From Schmidtea polychroa (Eukaryota), in NCBI GenBank assembly GCA_044892525.1, contig CM097887.1:21452001-21516000 (forward strand): 64,000 nt of DNA. Direction: 5' to 3'. Below the pieces are notes generated by a model. The model saw only the letters and a program-made list of their open reading frames with translations, had not been told where the DNA came from and did not search any database. Each line of letters begins with the position of its first letter. Positions within the stretch are counted from its first letter, which is position 1. Positions 13,301 through 25,800 of the stretch are shown here, one piece after another. The position numbers and the translations under genes are program-made.

Positions 13301-16300
13301 AAGCAATTCTATTTCCCGAAACAAAAATAATTTTTATTTTTATTCATTTTAATTTTATGTGTTCGTTTGGTTCTTTTGCCCAAATTAATTTTATTTCTAG
13401 CATAATTCCTAACATAAGTTTCCCAATTTTCGTTCTACCTAATTTTCCGTTAACCATGATTAAATTTTATTTCTAAAACAATTTTTTCTTTAATTAATTT
13501 TAATTTCTAATTTTCTTAATTCAATATTTTCCTTTTTACACAATTTCTCATTTTGATGTTGAAGTTGAATTTTCCGAATAATTGCCATTTGTGAGTTCGA
13601 AAATTTATTGGTTAGTAATGCTTTTCCGCCACAAACAATTTATGAACCTAAATCCCGGCTGAGCCCCCAAAAATCATGTTGGGTACTTAGGGGTGTGTCA
13701 TTTTTAAATACATTAGGGGTAATCATATATATTCACTCGACTCTTTCCTAAGCACCTCTTAGTCACCAGTGGCTAAAATTATGGGATGTAATGGGTTAAA
13801 GCACTTCTTATTGACGAGATAGATTGGAATTTTTTGAAAAATTGACAAAAGATACTGTTTAATTCAAACATGTGGGGTATTGATTTTAATAAAACAAAAA
13901 ATGAAGAACCATTTTAAACATCACAAAATGGTGATTGATAGTAAAAACTCATTTAAAAATTATGACAATTAATGTTAGTAGCATAATTTATATTATTTGA
14001 TTTCCAGAAATTCGAAGTAAATGACGCTGCTATGTAAATATGAGCAGTGTTAAATCCTTGTTCGAATAGACTTAAGTCGTGGAGTTTTAGAAATATACTC
14101 ACCAATTTGAAGAAACCCTATTTTGTTGCAATGTTTAACATTTTTGTGGAACAACGCTTGTCAAGTGTCGAAAAAATTGAGCTAGGTTTTGGTGTTGTCA
14201 TGCCTTGAGATTGTGTTTTGTCTTAAGTTATTTTTGTACTATGAGTAGTAGGTGCGGTAGATCACTAGAAACGTACGATGGATTATTAGAAAGACCATTC
14301 TTTAATTTGTCTGATAAAATTTCAAAAGAATCCTTATCTTAATCAGAATAAGATTCAATCTCGTTCACATGACATGAATTTGAGTGTACCGGAAGTTGAC
14401 TTTTTGTTTCAAGTTGAAACGAGCAAATGAGCTTACCGGTCTTGTAATTGATTGTTTGAATATGTAAGTCATAACTAATAAAAAGTTTCAGCTGTTGTCT
14501 GAAAGAGTTGACAGATCTCCTGATTGCAAAAAAGTAAATTACCGTTATCAGGTAAAGGGAGTGAACTAAATCTATGGGTCTATGTCCTTAGAATCAGGAA
14601 GCGAAAATCCACGAGTGATCCTTTTACGCACAAAAAGTCCGAGCCCAAAATAGGAATGACATGTAAAGCAAAAATTCTAATTAGGTCTCGTCAGAGACGG
14701 ACGAAAGAGAATCGCTTAGAATCTAATGTTTCAATTACGCTACCGTTTGCTGCTTTAAGTAAAAAGACGGCACAATTAAAAACGAAAAAATATAAAAGAA
14801 CACAAACCAACCAAAAAGGTAGAAAAAGCAAAAAGAAACCAGACGAAATCAACAAAAAAAAACTTTCAAACGACAAACTCTCAAAACGACCAACTGTCAA
14901 CAACCACAACTACAAATCAAAGAAACCTAGAAGAAAAAGTCTCAACTGAACTAACCACAACTCTACTCAAGCTTAGACTCAACCACGGAAGAAACTTTAT
15001 CAACAACCTTACTTCAAACATCGTTATAACTAAAGTATCTTCTGTACTAAAGAATTTCCTATTAAAGCAAACTTAATGTTATAAATTGTTACAAAGTAAA
15101 TTAGATATCAATAAATAGATGATTAAATTTGCAATATAAATTATGCCGGATTTATAAAATAGTGTCAGTTTTGAAAATTTTTTTGGTAGATATTAAATAT
15201 TTTATCATCAATTTAACATTTTGACGAATAGATTTTTTGATTACAAATTAAATTATGTAACAAAATAGAGGATAAATTTATCTTAGAACTTAAAAATAGT
15301 GTCAAAATTAGAAATTTAATTTGTAATTATTGAAATTACGTTGTCAATATTTTACTCTCAGTGCAATATTTTCACCAAAAAATTTGTAAAAAATATTTAT
15401 TAGAAAATACGGCTGAATCATAAGATTGAATTTCATAGAATAAATTCGACCATTTTTCGGGTGTCATCTCAGTATTTATTTTGGATTAAACAGGACATAT
15501 CCGCAGTACGTACTGATGTGTCAACACCGAGTACTAGGATCCGAAGATGCTTTTTTGAAAGATTTTAAATTTTAACAATAATCTGAAAATTTATCACCAT
15601 AGAATAAATGAAAGAAAAAGATATTAGAAAAGAGAATGATTAGAATCTCTTATTATACGCATTATTGACTTATTCTAGATGTATCGTTTTCTGATTCAGA
15701 TATTGAACTTTATTTTAATGTGGTATAAACTGTAGGGCTAGAAACTAAGACCAAATAAATTCCTCTATCTAAAAAATTTAACTCCAATCAGTTTTATATG
15801 AAAACAATAGCGAAAAATTCCAGGCGATAAACACTTATTAATTAGCATAAATAATTATAACAATTACGACACCGATCATTCAATACTGAAACCAATTGTT
15901 AACGAGAGCTTATTGTAACACTTTCTGTGAGAAATAGCACTTTCGATAACAAGTTAAAATACACGACCAGTCAACTATCACTGATGAACTGATTGGTAAA
16001 AATTTATCTGGTTGTCTTTGTGGACAACAGTGACCACCAAAATAGGCTCAATGTTTTTTTATGTCTTTAGATAAATGTACGCAGCAAAGTTAATCATTCA
16101 AATTTTTGTAAGATTTTCACTAATTGTTTTTTGTGTATATGAAATAGTTTCTGTGTTACTGTTTAATACAATCTCCTCTACGATAATCTGGAGGCATTTT
16201 AATTCAATTTAGTCATTGAGGTAATTTCGACACTTCCATATTCATATGATATTTTAGTCTTATAAAAGCTTCTTGACAATATTCTACTGTTGCAATCTTA

Positions 16301-16819
16301 TCTAAAAGGCAAAAAATACTGTTGAAATGTAGTTTGCAATGTTGGTTTATGATTTATTTTATCTTGTCGATCCATTCAACCGAACTTCTGGAGCTCACTG
16401 ACGGCCATCTCATGCAAGTACATTAGTATCTACTCAATCATGAAAAATCGAACATTCAAATTTATTATTGAAAAATGATACTTATACTGTATTCTCATTT
16501 AAATATCCAAAAATTACTTTTGAACGAAATTACTAAGAATTATGTAACATATTATTTAAAAGGAAAAAAGAACGATTTCTTTGTAGATTAAATTATGTAA
16601 TTTTTAAATACATGTTATTACAAATATCTTACACCTGATGACATAAAAACTAAATAAAAAATAAAATGTACTATTAGTTCAAAGAATTCGGCTGCTACGA
16701 TGAATATGAAAAATGATTCTCGCTGGAACGGAAATGATTTGAAGTTCTCTACTGTGATATGTGTTCGCTGATTCCATGAAATAGTAAAAGATAGCATTTC
16801 ATAAACCGATCAAAAGGGA

Positions 16820-16863
<44 letters not shown>

Positions 16864-19800
16864 CGTGAATATACCCCGCATACGCGCATAACCCGCACAC
16901 GTGTATACCCTGCACAAATTACAAAATAAGTAAAAACAAAATCGTACGACCCGCACCCTTATATACCCCGCATGTGCAAAGTGAGACTTGCCGTAAACTA
17001 CCAGTACATAAGGTTGTTGCTTATCAGACGTCTGTCCCTCGAGACGCAATCGTGCTGCAGTTGTTGTTCCAACAAGCGATACATAGAGTGCAACTCGCGT
17101 GTGAAATACGATACGAGCCTACGACGTATCTGTAGTATGTTGTCTTGACAGAAAGTCGTTGACCTAGTTATCTGGTGATGGTAGGAGAAAGATTTGTTGC
17201 AGCAGCTGAGCTGGGCCCTACGATTGGCCTGATTGTGCATTGGCTGGTGCTCGGCCTTATTGTGTAGGCTATTAATTCCTGGGGTAATCAGCAGCACGGG
17301 TATTCTTGTAGTTTGAACTTCGTAGTGTATAGTGTGCAGCACGTGCAATTAAAGTGTATAAATTCTAATCAGTACTCAGTAAAGTCTTTTAAGCCTAAAA
17401 ATGCCAAAGCGTAATTCATATACAGCCGATTTTTAGCTGCAAGTTTGTGCAGTTGCTGCTACAAAGGGCAATAGAGCTGCTGGAAGACAGTATGACGTTG
17501 ATGAAAAGTCAGTTCGCGAATGGCGAAAAGACATTGAAAGTCTACAGCAAATTAATCCCCGCAAAAGAGCTCGTCGAGGGGGAAAGGTTAGATGGCCACA
17601 GTTGGAGACAAACCTCGCAGCATGGGTTCGCTCTCAGCGTGAAAACAACAGGGCAGTGTCAACTGTTGGTATCAAACTGAAGGCGAAAATAATGGCTGCT
17701 GAAATGAAGATGGATAATTTCACTGGTAGCAACAACTGGGTTTTTAAATTCATGACACGTAATCAGCTGTCGGTTCGTGCACGGACAACTGTTGGCCAGA
17801 AACTGCCAGAGAATTGGGAAGTGAAAGTTAACGACTTTCAGGAATTTGTTAGAAAGGATATCGTTGAACAGAATTTAAATCCTTCTGCTGTCTATAATAT
17901 GGATGAGGTACCCATGTCTTTTGATATTCCGGCAACTCGCACTGTAGCGGAAAGTGGTTGTAAAACGGTTGCTATTACCACAACTGGACATGAACGCACC
18001 TGCTTCACGGTTGTCCTGGCGTGCTCAGCTGCCGGTGAGAAGTTGAAACCATTGATTATATTCAAAAGAGTGACAATGCCACGTGAGAAACTGCCTCATG
18101 GAGCAATCGTACTGTGCAACAAAAAAGGATGGATGAACACGGAAGTGATGAAAGAGTGGACTGAACGATGCTTTCGTGCTAGACAGGGTGGATTCTTTCT
18201 GCCAAAGTCGTTGTTGATTTTTGATGCAATGGCTGCACACAAAGAGCCGTCTGTTCACAAACAGATCAATAAGACCGGTGCGCACATTGCTGTCATTCCG
18301 GGTGGCTTAACATGTAAGCTTCAGCCACTTGACATCGCTGTTAATCATCCATTCAAGTGTTTTGTCCGCAACGAATGGGAGAAATGGATGAGTGAAGGAG
18401 AACACACATTCACACCATCAGGAAAGCAGAGACGTGCTACGTACATTGAAGTATGCAAATGGGTTCTGGCAGCGTGACAGCAAATCAGCACTGAAACTAT
18501 TCGCAATGGTTTCAAGAAGGCTGGCCTGCTAACAGTTAGTGAAGCTAATTCAGAGCCAGCAGTAGAGGGCAGCTTCATTTCGGCCGACAATGTGAACGCT
18601 GATACTGACGATGATGATAGTGATGAAGAGTCAATTTATGACCCAACTGCTGTTGTCAACATGCTTCGCTTATTTGAAGAAGACAGTGAATATGATACGA
18701 GTTTCGATGGCTTCACTAACTATAGCGAGGACAGTGACATTAGTGAGACTGGCGATTGATTACGGCTGTATTGCATGCATTGTAGTCTATACGTTTCGAC
18801 ACTACTGGTATCGGCAAATTAGTTTAGTTGCTTACCTACTTGTTACATTTGATTACTAGTATATTAAAGATTCTCTGCCGCATCGGTACTATTTGTTTTC
18901 TTGAGGTTTATAATGAGATGTTCATAAAGCTTTCCAATGTACATTTCACAACCACACAGCGAACTATAGGAGGTATAAAGACCCACCGGTATGTCCATAG
19001 TTTCCGTTATGCTATGTTTATGAGTAAAATAAATTTTGTAAACCCCACACCTTTGTATACCCCGCACAGCTGCCATTCGTTTGGGAAAACTTGTATAACC
19101 CGCGGGTTATNNNNNNNNNNNNNNNNNNNNNNNNNNNNNNNNNNNNNNNNNNNNNNNNNNNNNNNNNNNNNNNNNNNNNNNNNNNNNNNNNNNNNNNNNN
19201 NNNNNNNNNNNNNNNNNNNNNNNNNNNNNNNNNNNNNNNNNNNNNNNNNNNNNNNNNNNNNNNNNNNNNNNNNNNNNNNNNNNNNNNNNNNNTTATTTTA
19301 ATGTGGTATAAACTGTAGGGCTAGAAACTATACCGTTCGAGTTTGTTTATTATCCAATCAGGATTGAGTATGGGTGCAAATTGGTAATTTTTTATTTTTT
19401 GCTTTTTCAAATTTTAAACAAAGAGATATGACTCATCAAGGTCATTTAAACAAATACCACGACTCATCCGAGGAAAACTATAATTTTAGGATAATTTTAG
19501 TAAAATATTTATTTATCAAGTAGAAAGGCAATAATTATTTATCTATTGACAATTTATTAGAACAAGATTTAATTTTTTTTAAATTTATTTTGGTGTTCTG
19601 TACATTGCCCACTCTGATTTTCAAAATGGTTATTTACTACGTTGCAGCTAAGATTAGCACTGATAAAATTGGACATCGGTCATACTAATTTATCAGAAAA
19701 ATTAGGTTTGCTATTTAGTTTTCCTTGGCATGAACTTAGTATAAGAATTATATGGTTACAATAATTTTGGACGAGCCAGATAATTACGTTTTCATCTCCA

Positions 19801-22800
19801 AACTGTCATCTCGTGATGTACGGATGAATGTATGATTTCAAGCGTTATCATATATTGTAAGCAAATGCGCAATATCACCAAAAGTTTGGTTACTATTAAG
19901 ATCTTATAACTTCGGAAAAGTTTATGTTCAAATATAAAAAAACAAATCTGAACTTCAAGTGGTTCGAGCGACGCTACAAAACTGTTTATCTGATATTAAT
20001 TATTAATTAATTATGAAAAGATCGCACTATTCACAGATACTTTTCCGTAAAATAAGATTTCATTGGGAATTGTAAACCGGGCTATAAGGAGAGAAAAGAA
20101 AATATTAATTTTTTCTATCCCAGGTGGCGCGATCATTTCAGTTACTGACCCGGTATTCGAAGAAAAACCATTACTTAACCGACTTTCACTCTGTCGGTTG
20201 ATGAGTTTCTCTAAATGTATTGGCATAGAGACATTTTCAATATTTATTGCCAGTGGGCTTATATTGTTCTATAAAGTGTGGTTTACGCCTGTCATCACTG
20301 ACACTATGTTTATTGCCTAAATTAACTTACCACCTTACTATTTGTTTGCACATTATATGCCTGGTTCTACTTCTGGGTTATTTTATCCGCTTCCCTCTAT
20401 TTTCTTCCGGATTACCGTGTAGTTCAGATATGTCAAACTTGCGGCCCACTTGATATATCAGTACAAAAAAAACAAAACAAAACTTAAAAAAAAAAATTTC
20501 TATGTAATCACTTCTTATAACTGTTACATTTAGTTTTTATCGTCCATTAAACAAAAAATTAAGGAAACGAACCCCAAAAATCTAGTTAGGGTGCGAAAAT
20601 AAATTCTGCTTTGTCGTACTATACCGAGGTATGTTTGTTATCCTGCTCCAAGGTTCTCAAACAATTTTGGGATTTGAAAGACGAAATATGTCAGTTTTTA
20701 ACATCAAAAAAACAAGACATCGCCTTATGGTTGATATAACGAAACACTTATCCGATTTAAATTTGAAACTGCAAGGAAAGGATCAAATCATTACAAACAT
20801 GTGTGACCAAGTTAATGCATTCAAATGTTNNNNNNNNNNNNNNNNNNNNNNNNNNNNNNNNNNNNNNNNNNNNNNNNNNNNNNNNNNNNNNNNNNNNNNN
20901 NNNNNNNNNNNNNNNNNNNNNNNNNNNNNNNNNNNNNNNNNNNNNNNNNNNNNNNNNNNNNNNNNNNNNNNNNNNNNNNNNNNNNNNNNNNNNNNNNNNN
21001 NNNNNNNNNNNNNNNNNNNNNNNNNNNNNNNNNNNNNNNNNNNNNNNNNNNNNNNNNNNNNNTAGTTTTGTTGAGTTTTTAATTAAATAAATATTAACTT
21101 CGGTGTTTCAGACTCCACATGTTCTGAAAAACAATTATTTATGTTGCGGCCCGCCGGCTCATGATACTAGTCTAATGCGGCCCGCAGGCCAGTTTGAGTT
21201 TGAAACCCCTGGTGTAGTTGCTCTCTCCTGTTACTACACTGAGGCTAGGTTTTAAATGATTCTATACTGGTATGATATTTCTACATGGATTCCGCCCTAA
21301 ATTAAACCCGGTCTTTATTACCCATTCTAAATTTAATTTATCTGTATTCCTATAATAAATTTAAGCAATATTTCTCTTTTACTTAATATTTTAATAAACT
21401 CAAATTATTGTTACGCCAACTTTAATATCCCATTAAATTTTAATAATAATTTCATGCTTTACTAAATTTACTTTATTTTAGTAATTGACTTGACTTTAGT
21501 TGAGTCTGATTGTTTTAAAATTTTATTTATTATATGAATATACGCGCGTTATTTATATAAACATATCGAAATGAATTTGTAATTAAATATTTCTTTTTCA
21601 TTTGTATAATGCCTAAACGATCAGTCACACTGTCGAAAAGTACTTGGACCAAGTTATATTTTCCTCAGTTGTGACTGCTCATACCGAGACAGGATTTTGG
21701 TCTCTGTGGATTTTAGCGAGCGGAAATTAGGATTGGCCTTAGGGTAATTCTATTTAATTAGTTTGCACTAACAGTTCCATAAGAAACATGAGGGAAATTG
21801 TTTCGTCGAACTGCAAAACCAGTCCCAAATAAATTAACGCGGTGAATTTTTATTAACTCACATTGGAGTTAATTTATCATTCATGTCGATAAGTGGCCAC
21901 ATATAGTTGAATCACAGATATTGTCATAAATTCAGATCAATTCAAATAACTATTGTTATGCATTTTGGTTACTACCATGCCTCATCCTGGTTCCGGTTAT
22001 TACTTGTTTGATGCCCTTATTGTAGTGTCGGCTATAGTAATTTGTTACGGAAGTGACTTATTCATCTCGCTCGACACAAATGTGTTTTTGATCACAAGGA
22101 CCCTAGATGGTTCATGTGCTCATATTAAAAAATTATTTTAATGTTTATTTGATGTTTTTATTATGATTTTTATTAAACTTTTTGCGTTATTTTTGCTTTC
22201 TCCAATCAGTCTCATCTTTTAATTTAATTTATTAATTAATGGCCTTCTGGCAAACACATGTTTGTATTCTTGGTTACGCTGGAAACAGCACGAAAGGTTA
22301 AAATGTGGATTACATGTAACCTACCACTAAGATAAAATCACAAGAGGAAAAATAAACTTTTAAAAAATAAATTTGGAAAGCAAAAAAATCCATTACTCAA
22401 AGATCTTAGCACTTTTAATGAAAAAAAATGAACTACAACATAGTAGAGATGTGATAGAAAGGTACGTTGACAATTCCGATTCCTTTGGTGACATATTATT
22501 TATTGTGAAAGTGCAAAAAGTTGTGTACAAATATACCGCGCGTGTAACGGGGGAATAAATTTTTGTTTTTATGATAAAATTATAGCTTCCCAGGAAAATG
22601 TTGGTAATTTTACAATTCGATTATGCAACGAGCACTGGCAGAACTATAAAGAACGCAACAAAACTTTGGGTAAGCTGGCGTACGCGGTTTGTATAACAAT
22701 AAAAGCTCGCATGTGACAGCCACTAGTTGTCTATGTCTGACTATTAGACCTAGAAAACGACGTGGCATTTGTAGCATGAAGTTTGAGCCCCGAGTGTACG

Positions 22801-25800
22801 GCTTACCACAAATGTTAAATAAAGATCATTGAGTACCAATAACGACTACAACGCGACCAATAGCGAAAAAGCCACAGATGGCTCGCGAGCCAGTGTTTGG
22901 CGACCACTGAACAAGAATGGTGATTTGTGTTCCATTCGAGCTTATTTCAAAACCATTAAGATTATAAAGAACTAAAACCCTTATTTAATTTATATTGCTT
23001 ATAATATACATTCACAAATATGAAATATGAAATAAAGTTCAATGACTGATTCGTAAATTTGGACTGTAAACTTGTCTGTCATATTTAACAATTCTTATTT
23101 GTCATTTGTTTCGATAAGTGGTCAGATATAGTCATAAATTCAGATCAAATCATTTTATTACATACGGATCAAAAATTCTTTGAATTTTAAGATCTGCTAA
23201 CGTTCTTTTCAAATATTCCACTGTGACATACATTGTACAACATACGTTTCCTTGTTAAATAAATGGACTGATTTTATATGACCAACATGTAAGAACGGTT
23301 GTTATGTACAATTCTTGTAAAAAAGCATTAAATTGTAACTAACTGTTTGAAATATATTTAGGCAAACAAATATTGTATTTATATTATATCTTTTAGTATT
23401 CTTTTCAAAAAATATCATAAATTTATTCATTTCTAGTATTTTAGAAATCTTATATTTCTTCGGATTTTTAGTGTGAAATATACATCTTAATGATCAAAAA
23501 CTTGAAATAGCCATGTTTAGCAATCATTAATAATTAATTTAACTCATGACGCTGTATTGTTATTCTACTTTAGATTTAAAAGTATAAATATCACAAAATT
23601 AAACTTAAATAGGAAATTTAAGATATAAAAATTATTTATATTTCGTTCGAAAGAAACTTTTTAAATACATTTTGTTTAATTTTATAATTTGTTAGGCGAC
23701 GCTCTAGTGTATGTCGCCCAAAATTTTAAATTATTTTAACTCAATAACTCAATAAATAAATTGATATGTATACACTTTTAACATACCCACCATGAAAGTT
23801 ACTGATATTTTTGAGTTATTCACAATTATAAATGACAATGAGCTTTTAATTCGATATCTACAAACGCATCACCTGATTTCTTCAACAAAAATTTGTCACT
23901 GTGGACGCAACATGTCCTTAATTAAAAGGGCACAAACAAGTGACGGTTTTGTATTTCAATGCCCGAGGAAATGTGGTCAGGTTTCTATTCGAAAAGGAAG
24001 TTTTTTCGAAAAAAGCAGAATGCCCCTTAAAAAACTGGTGTTATTTACGTATTTTTGGCTGCAAGACATTCCCACGAACAGGATACAGTCGATGATTGGT
24101 ATGGCTAACCAAACAATTTCTGATTGGAATAATTTCCTATGTGAGGTGTGCTCGGAATCTTTACTCGGAATGTCGGATGATGAAAGAATGATCGGGGGAG
24201 AAGGTGTGATAGTTGAAATTGATGAAACTTTGATTTCAAAGAAATGGAAATATTATCGCGGAAGAAGATATCCCGAAATATGGTTATTTGGAGGAACCGA
24301 ACGTGGCACAAAAAAAATGGTTTGGACAAATTGTTCTTGAGAGAAACCGAGAAAATCTAACTGCTTTGATTGAGAAGTTTATTAAACCGGGCAGTATTAT
24401 TTACAGCGACAGGTGGCCCGCGTATTGGACAGAAACTTATAACCTGGTACATTTAAGAAATCAAAATTATATCCACTTATCTGTTAATCATAAACTCTGG
24501 TTCAAAGATCCAGTAACCGGTGTCCATACCAATAAAATGGAAGGATGGTGGGGAAATATTAAGGTTGACACGAGGAAAAGGCAAGGAATGAGTGTTGAAC
24601 AAAAGATTAATTTTCTTGATTTTCGATTGTGGCTTTCAAGACAAAATGTTGATGAAGAAGATATTTTGATTATATTCTGGCGCTTGGTTGCTTCGAAGTA
24701 TAGTTTCGATGAATAAATTTTTAATAAACGTATTTACTTATATTTCATTTAAATATATTAATTTAATTTTAAATTAATTTAAAATTTTGGGCGACATACA
24801 CTAGAGCGTCGCCATTTGTTAAACGAATTAATTTTTATCATATAATAAAAACTATTATATTTTAAGATTCAAAAAATTCTCATTTCGGAGAAACTTAATA
24901 AATGGATTAAATTATAATCATTGAAGTGTCAAATAAAACAAACCTTATCATCCAGTGAAGATATTATTCTGCCCCAAGGATCTGTAGCTAGTGAGTGACC
25001 ATAACTTACATGATTTGCTTGATAATCCCGAGCTATGCTGCATAGGCCAACAAAACATTGATTGTCTAACGCGATTCCTCTACCAAGTAATTCCAGTATG
25101 CAGGTCCTGTAGCCATATTAAATGCTGCGGGATACAAAAGTAAATTGCATTTTTTGTTTCGAGTGTAGATTCCAGCTACTTCAGGAAATCGAAGATCGTG
25201 GCAAATACCAATACCAACAGTAACATTTCTATCTTTACATACAGGAATATTAAAGGAAAGAAATTCACTTCCTGGCACTGATGTCTCAGACTCGTTATAA
25301 ACTAAATTACAAATTCTATATATGTTGCAATATATATTGAAATTTATGAATTATTTATCTTATTACCAAAAATATGAAATCAACCATTTTATTTATCTTA
25401 TTTAGATAATTATTATAAATATATTTAAACAAAAATAGAACATGTCAAAAATTGTCGTTCATTTAAAAAATAAAATTCTTCAAATTTCTTTAAAATTTTC
25501 TTTTATCCAGAAATTTGATTTTCTAACAAATAATTAAAATGCAGAGTAATTTCATTAAGTATTTCTCAACCCAAAACTCACCATGGACAGCAAAATGGAT
25601 GCACGACAACTGGTTCACTGACAAATGGATCACCGACAAACGGATCACAATATTCAATTCACGACGTTCGGTTACGCATTTTTTTATTATCACTTAAAAA
25701 AATTGTTATTGAATTGTTTAATTAATTGAACCTGAACGCTGTACCTATTAGTCCAGAACTAATATATATATATATATATATTGGTGGGTTACAGGTAATC

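Noticed and set aside
12620-13800. Mariner-like C-terminal remnant and a piggyBac-like ...atggg|ttaa end
   Set aside because: Too degraded; no matching left end or catalytic motifs.
17447-18859. Shadow ORFs overlapping the pogo transposase
   Set aside because: Alternative-frame or antisense by-products of a GC-richer coding region.
1488-21090. ORFs spanning N runs (1488, 5840, 19091, 20803 etc.; also 53143-53779)
   Set aside because: Artefacts of translating assembly gaps.
21885-23150. Short direct repeat (tcgataagtgg...gtcataaattcagatcaa) as LTRs of a mini-element
   Set aside because: Only about 40 bp of similarity, with no TG/CA ends, PBS, PPT or TSD.
23150-23250. Alternative nitrilase last exon
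   Set aside because: It needs a frameshift and is a poor match; 1336-1223 is in frame and clearly homologous.
24300-24325. Programmed -1 frameshift at A-AAA-AAA in the Merlin transposase
   Set aside because: The downstream ORF is in the +1 frame; a homopolymer insertion or read error is simpler.
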